Below, piece by piece: positions 29,096 to 32,000 of a stretch of DNA of 32,000 bases. The stretch covers positions 270,001 through 302,000 of the forward strand of contig NZ_LT606950.1 in NCBI RefSeq assembly GCF_900095195.1, written 5' to 3'. This stretch comes from Polynucleobacter necessarius. Lineage in GTDB: Bacteria; Pseudomonadota; Gammaproteobacteria; Burkholderiales; Burkholderiaceae. The translations under genes were made by a program, and so were the position numbers. Every line of letters begins with the position of its first letter. Position 1 is the first letter of the stretch. Under the pieces are notes generated by a model. That model was not told the DNA's origin. It saw nothing but the letters and a program-made list of their open reading frames with translations, and did not search any database.

Positions 29096-29717
29096 ATGAC
29101 ATTACTTAAAGGCGCTCTTTTCCTGCTCTCCATTATTCCTGTGGGAAGATTGGTGTGGCTTCGATACATAGACCACCTGGGCGCCAATCCGATTGAATTC
29201 ATCACCCGCTCAATGGGAACGTGGGCTCTGGTATTTTTGTGCGTCACCTTGGCCATGACACCTCTGCGTCTTCTGACCGGCTCGAGCATCTGGATCAAGC
29301 TACGTCGAATGTTCGGATTATTTTGTTTTTTCTATGCAAGTTTGCATTTTTCAATTTGGATATATCTGGATCAAAGGTTGGATTGGCAAGCCATGATTCA
29401 TGATGTACTAATGATGTACTAAAGAGGCCATTCATTACCATGGGCTTTTTAAGCCTGGTGCTGTTGACTCCTCTTTGGCGGCTACGTCGAATACGTGGGC
29501 AGTCCGAAGGCTGGGGCGCCGCTGGTCTTTGCTTCATAAGCTTGTCTACTTGATCGCAATCACTGTCATCGCCCATTACTGGTGACACAAAGCAGGCAAA
29601 AATAATTTACAAACTGTCAGCATTTATGCCGCAGTATTGTTACTGTTGCTGACGCCGCGAATACCGGTGATACGAGAGCGCTTACGTACTATTCTGAAAA
29701 TATCAACTCTGGAATAG
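29096..29717 (+). pseudogene. msrQ: MsrQ (YedZ) heme-b membrane subunit, with an 11-bp tandem duplication, a frameshift and an in-frame TGA
   Basis: MTLLKGALFLLSIIPVGRLVW...LGANPIEFITRSMGTWALVFLCVTLAMTPL...RRMFGLFCFFYASLHFSIW...IHDVL. Without the duplication it reads KRPFITMGFLSLVLLTPL. After a shift it reads AATSNTWAVRRLGRRWSLLHKLVYLIAITVIAHYW, then TGA (29583-29585), then HKAGKN... It aligns by eye along E. coli YedZ. Confidence 0.85.
29401..29422. repeat. 11-bp perfect tandem duplication TGATGTACTAA x2
   Basis: 29401-29411 equals 29412-29422. Removing one copy restores ...IHDVLKRPFITMGF... Confidence 0.9.
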
Positions 29718-30312
29718 AGTCAAGATTTAATAGTTCTTTTGCCGATTCAGGGGTTGCGTTTAGCCAGTCCTGAAAGAGATTGGGCTTTAACGGTACGATA
29801 GTGCGCTTTTCATCCTCTGGTTTATGACAACGCTTCATGACTGGATGTTTGCTTGCTTCAATGGTGAGCATAGAGAACGACACAATAAGTTCACCTGTCT
29901 CTGGCTCTGTCCAGGTATCCCAAATGGATGCAATAGCCATCGGCTCATGATTTTCCTGTTGAATTTTGGTACGCACTGCTTTGCCAGATTCATAACAGGG
30001 TTCGTAGAATGCATCTGCTAAGGCAAGTGCGAAGTGCCGCTTCATCCATGCATGTTTATAAGAGGGCTTCTCGCTGACGGTCTCCGCTCTAGCGTTGTAA
30101 GTTTTTCTGCCAAATTCTTCATCCTTTGCCCAGGAGGGTATCAGGCCGAAGCGAGCTGGTCCAATAGCGGTGCGTTGAGTGTTGTGACTCTTTAGGATAA
30201 TCATTCCTGGGTAGGTGGGAAAAACATCGTGTGGGCTTGATGCCGATAGTGCGAGATCAAAATGGGTTTTTACCCAATCAACGTCCGCGGTGGTGAGGTA
30301 CTGTACGCACAT
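29689..30312 (-). CDS. SOS-response-associated peptidase (SRAP/YedK, DUF159)
   Basis: Intact 207-aa ORF with N-terminal Met-Cys (MCVQY) and the pattern ...FGLIPSWAKD...TYNARAETV..KPSYK.AW... Confidence 0.75.
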   Translation of the reverse strand: MCVQYLTTADVDWVKTHFDLALSASSPHDVFPTYPGMIILKSHNTQRTAIGPARFGLIPSWAKDEEFGRKTYNARAETVSEKPSYKHAWMKRHFALALADAFYEPCYESGKAVRTKIQQENHEPMAIASIWDTWTEPETGELIVSFSMLTIEASKHPVMKRCHKPEDEKRTIVPLKPNLFQDWLNATPESAKELLNLDSIPELIFSE

Positions 30313-30376
30313 GTCCAGATTTTAATGCTTGCCTAGCTGGTAGTATTAGGGTTCCCTATCTGAAAGATTGCTACAC

Positions 30377-31081
30377 ATGAAACTGAATATCACACCCTCT
30401 ATCAAGCGTATTATCTCTATTGGTTTTTTATCCATCGCCTTATGTGGCGGCGCAAATGCCCAACAGAGTGGCTTGCCAATTAATGCTGCTGCTTCAGTCA
30501 ATGACGCAATCGTTACAAACGATATGGTTGAACAAGGCATCAAGGCAGCCCTGGCTCAAGGTCAAAAAGATTCGCCCGAGTTGCGTAGGGCGGTGATTGA
30601 AAAGTTCATTGAAGTCTTCTTGTTGTCCCAACAAGCTGAAAAAGATGGTACAGCAAGCAAGTAGTTTCATTAGGCCCACAGGGCATGATCAACGAATACA
30701 AGATTAGTGACATTGCGGTTGCCTCTGAATCCGATGCGCAAGCCGCTTTAAATCGTATAAAAAAGGGGGGCTTTTGACAAGGTAGCAAAAAGTGTTTCAT
30801 TAGCACCGAATAAGACACAAGGCGGGGCGGCAGGTTGGGTGCAACCTGGGCAAGTTCCTCCACAAATCTCAGCTGTATTGGTGAATCCTGGCAAAGGCCA
30901 AACCTCCGCAGCGATTCAGATGCAGCAGGGCTGGTATTTGGTCAAACTGGAAGATAAGCGTTCCAGTAAGCCACCGACACTTGAACAAGCAAAGCAAGCT
31001 ATTCGTGCGGGCTTAGCTCAGAAGAAGCAATTTGAATTTATTTCTGGAATTGCCAAGAATTCAAAAATTGTTGTGCAGTAA
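30377..31081 (+). pseudogene. Parvulin (PpiC)-type peptidyl-prolyl isomerase, periplasmic, frameshifts and stops in the middle
   Basis: Signal peptide MKLNITPSIKRIISIGFLSIALCGGANA...LLSQQAEKDG ends at TAG 30662-30664. EYKISDIAVASESDAQAALNRIKKGG, then FDKVAKSVSLAPNKTQGGAAGWV and ...QQGWYLVKLEDKR lie in other frames (ORF 30839-31081 carries the C-terminus). Confidence 0.7.
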
Positions 31082-31110
31082 GCAACAGTATTTAGAGGTC
31101 ATCGTGAAAT

Positions 31111-31136
31111 AAAAAGGGCTCCCGGGAGTCCTTTTT
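31111..31136. terminator. Bidirectional rho-independent terminator
   Basis: AAAAAGGGCTCC-CG-GGAGTCCTTTTT lies between convergent genes (one G-U/mismatch in the stem). Confidence 0.65.
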
Positions 31137-31623
31137 ATTGACGCTCGAGAGTGACGAACTGAAAGTGAATATCGTTTTCGGATCCAGGCGTACGTTCTAC
31201 TTCTCTCCAGTCGTTGGGATTAGGTACTTCAAAGAATGTATCCCCGCCATCAATATCAAGATCGATTTCAGTAATGTATAAACGATCCGCTTTATCAAAA
31301 GCCTGCCTAAAAAGTTGTTCACCGCCAATTACAAAGACTCTAGGGGCTTTACTCAGTGCGTTGAGGGCCTCGTCTAGGGAGCCCACTAATTCTCCGTCGG
31401 TCAGCTCGTAGTCAGCATTGCGACTCACCACGATATTGCGTCGACCAGGAAGCGGGCGACCAATTGATTCCCAGGTCTTGCGACCCATGATGACGGGGTG
31501 ACCCATCGTGACACGCTTAAAAAATTGCAGGTCAGCAGAAATTTTCCAAGGCATTTGGTTGTCACGACCAATCACGTGATTCCGTGAGCGGGCAACAATT
31601 ATGGAGATAGCAGGTTGTGTCAT
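31135..31623 (-). CDS. folA: Dihydrofolate reductase
   Basis: Intact 162-aa ORF: ISIIVARSRNHVIGRDNQMPWKISADLQFFKRVTMGHPVIMGRKTWESIGRPLPGRRNIVVS. Confidence 0.92.
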   Translation of the reverse strand: MTQPAISIIVARSRNHVIGRDNQMPWKISADLQFFKRVTMGHPVIMGRKTWESIGRPLPGRRNIVVSRNADYELTDGELVGSLDEALNALSKAPRVFVIGGEQLFRQAFDKADRLYITEIDLDIDGGDTFFEVPNPNDWREVERTPGSENDIHFQFVTLERQ

Positions 31624-31634
31624 AGGGCAATTTC

Positions 31635-32000
31635 TTAAACGGCTACAGGGGCTTTGATATGGGGGTGGGATTCGTAACCTACGATCTCAAAATCCTCAAA
31701 TTCGTAATCAAAAATAGAGTCGGGTTTGCGTAGGGTATTGAGTTTGGGTAACGGGAAGAAATCTCGAGAGAGCTGCAGATTCACTTGTTCTAGGTGATTA
31801 CTATACAAGTGGCAATCGCCGCCAGTCCAAACGAAATCGCCGACTTCGAGATTGCATTGCTGGGCCAGCATATGCGTTAACAAAGCATAGCTGGCAATAT
31901 TGAACGGAACTCCTAAGAAAATATCTGCACTGCGCTGATAAAGCTGGCAAGACAGTTTCCCATCTGCTACGTAAAACTGAAAGAAAGCATGGCAAGGCGC
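31635..32000 (-). CDS. thyA: Thymidylate synthase, 3' part (continues beyond window end)
   Basis: The frame is open to the window edge: [69 protein letters not shown]...KAPVAV. Confidence 0.92.
   Translation of the reverse strand, partial: APCHAFFQFYVADGKLSCQLYQRSADIFLGVPFNIASYALLTHMLAQQCNLEVGDFVWTGGDCHLYSNHLEQVNLQLSRDFFPLPKLNTLRKPDSIFDYEFEDFEIVGYESHPHIKAPVAV

Noticed and set aside
11556-29098. The start regions of cysI (CATGGTCTATG, minus strand at ~11556-11569) and msrQ (CATGGGTCTATG at 29087-29098) look alike.
   Set aside because: This is an 11-12 nt resemblance with one indel and no further flanking similarity. It is most likely coincidence and not evidence for a repeat-mediated event.
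213-29585. The in-frame TGA and TAG codons might reflect an alternative genetic code or selenocysteine/readthrough recoding.
   Set aside because: Intact genes in the same window terminate at TGA (for example phhB at 3196-3198 and the FMN-binding gene at 5211-5213). The interrupted genes usually carry additional frameshifts or deletions, and no SECIS-like context was evident.
1-32000. A search for CRISPR arrays, tRNA/rRNA genes, IS elements and terminal inverted repeats in the ORF-poor stretches (2076-2175, 3418-3551, 11563-11714, 15781-15935, 24634-25060, 26318-26471).
   Set aside because: I saw no regularly spaced direct repeats, no cloverleaf-compatible sequence, and no transposase or integrase fragments. 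tRNAscan or Infernal would be needed for a definitive negative.

Overview
This 32-kb chromosomal window comes from a moderately AT-rich proteobacterium. The gene set looks betaproteobacterial (Burkholderiales): monomeric icd, thyA-folA, msrP/msrQ, liv ABC transporter, cysI-DUF934-cobA, iorAB-like oxidoreductase. A Polynucleobacter-like host-restricted lineage is my unverified guess.

(1) Gene decay is the dominant signal. By my reading only about 13 genes keep an uninterrupted frame: DUF2889, phhB-like, a small acidic ORF, an FMN-binding protein, TauE/SafE, an OafA-like acyltransferase, icd, an SLT transglycosylase, a secreted nuclease, DUF3820, SRAP, folA and thyA. About 29 genes are broken by in-frame stops, homopolymer indels, short tandem duplications (4, 11 and 28 bp) or deletions that fuse or truncate neighbouring genes. 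I found no IS element, integrase, CRISPR array, tRNA or rRNA.

(2) There is a rearrangement that can be reconstructed from the sequence alone. An iorA-like gene and a signal-peptide (outer-membrane-like) gene have exchanged halves precisely at a shared CCAAA pentanucleotide (3891-3895 and 26653-26657). In addition, msrP (minus strand, 19.2-20.2 kb) is separated from msrQ (plus strand, 29.1 kb). Two successive overlapping inversions, each with only 4-5 bp of microhomology at its ends, restore iorA, the outer-membrane-like gene and an msrPQ operon simultaneously.

(3) The outer-membrane-like gene heads a four-gene cluster: OM-like protein, FMN-binding protein with a flavinylation motif, ApbE, and a His-rich 4-TM protein. 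Its promoter carries two Fur-type 7-1-7 boxes. This is a candidate iron-regulated extracytoplasmic flavin redox module, now split and largely inactivated.

All family assignments are from motif recognition by eye, not from database searches.
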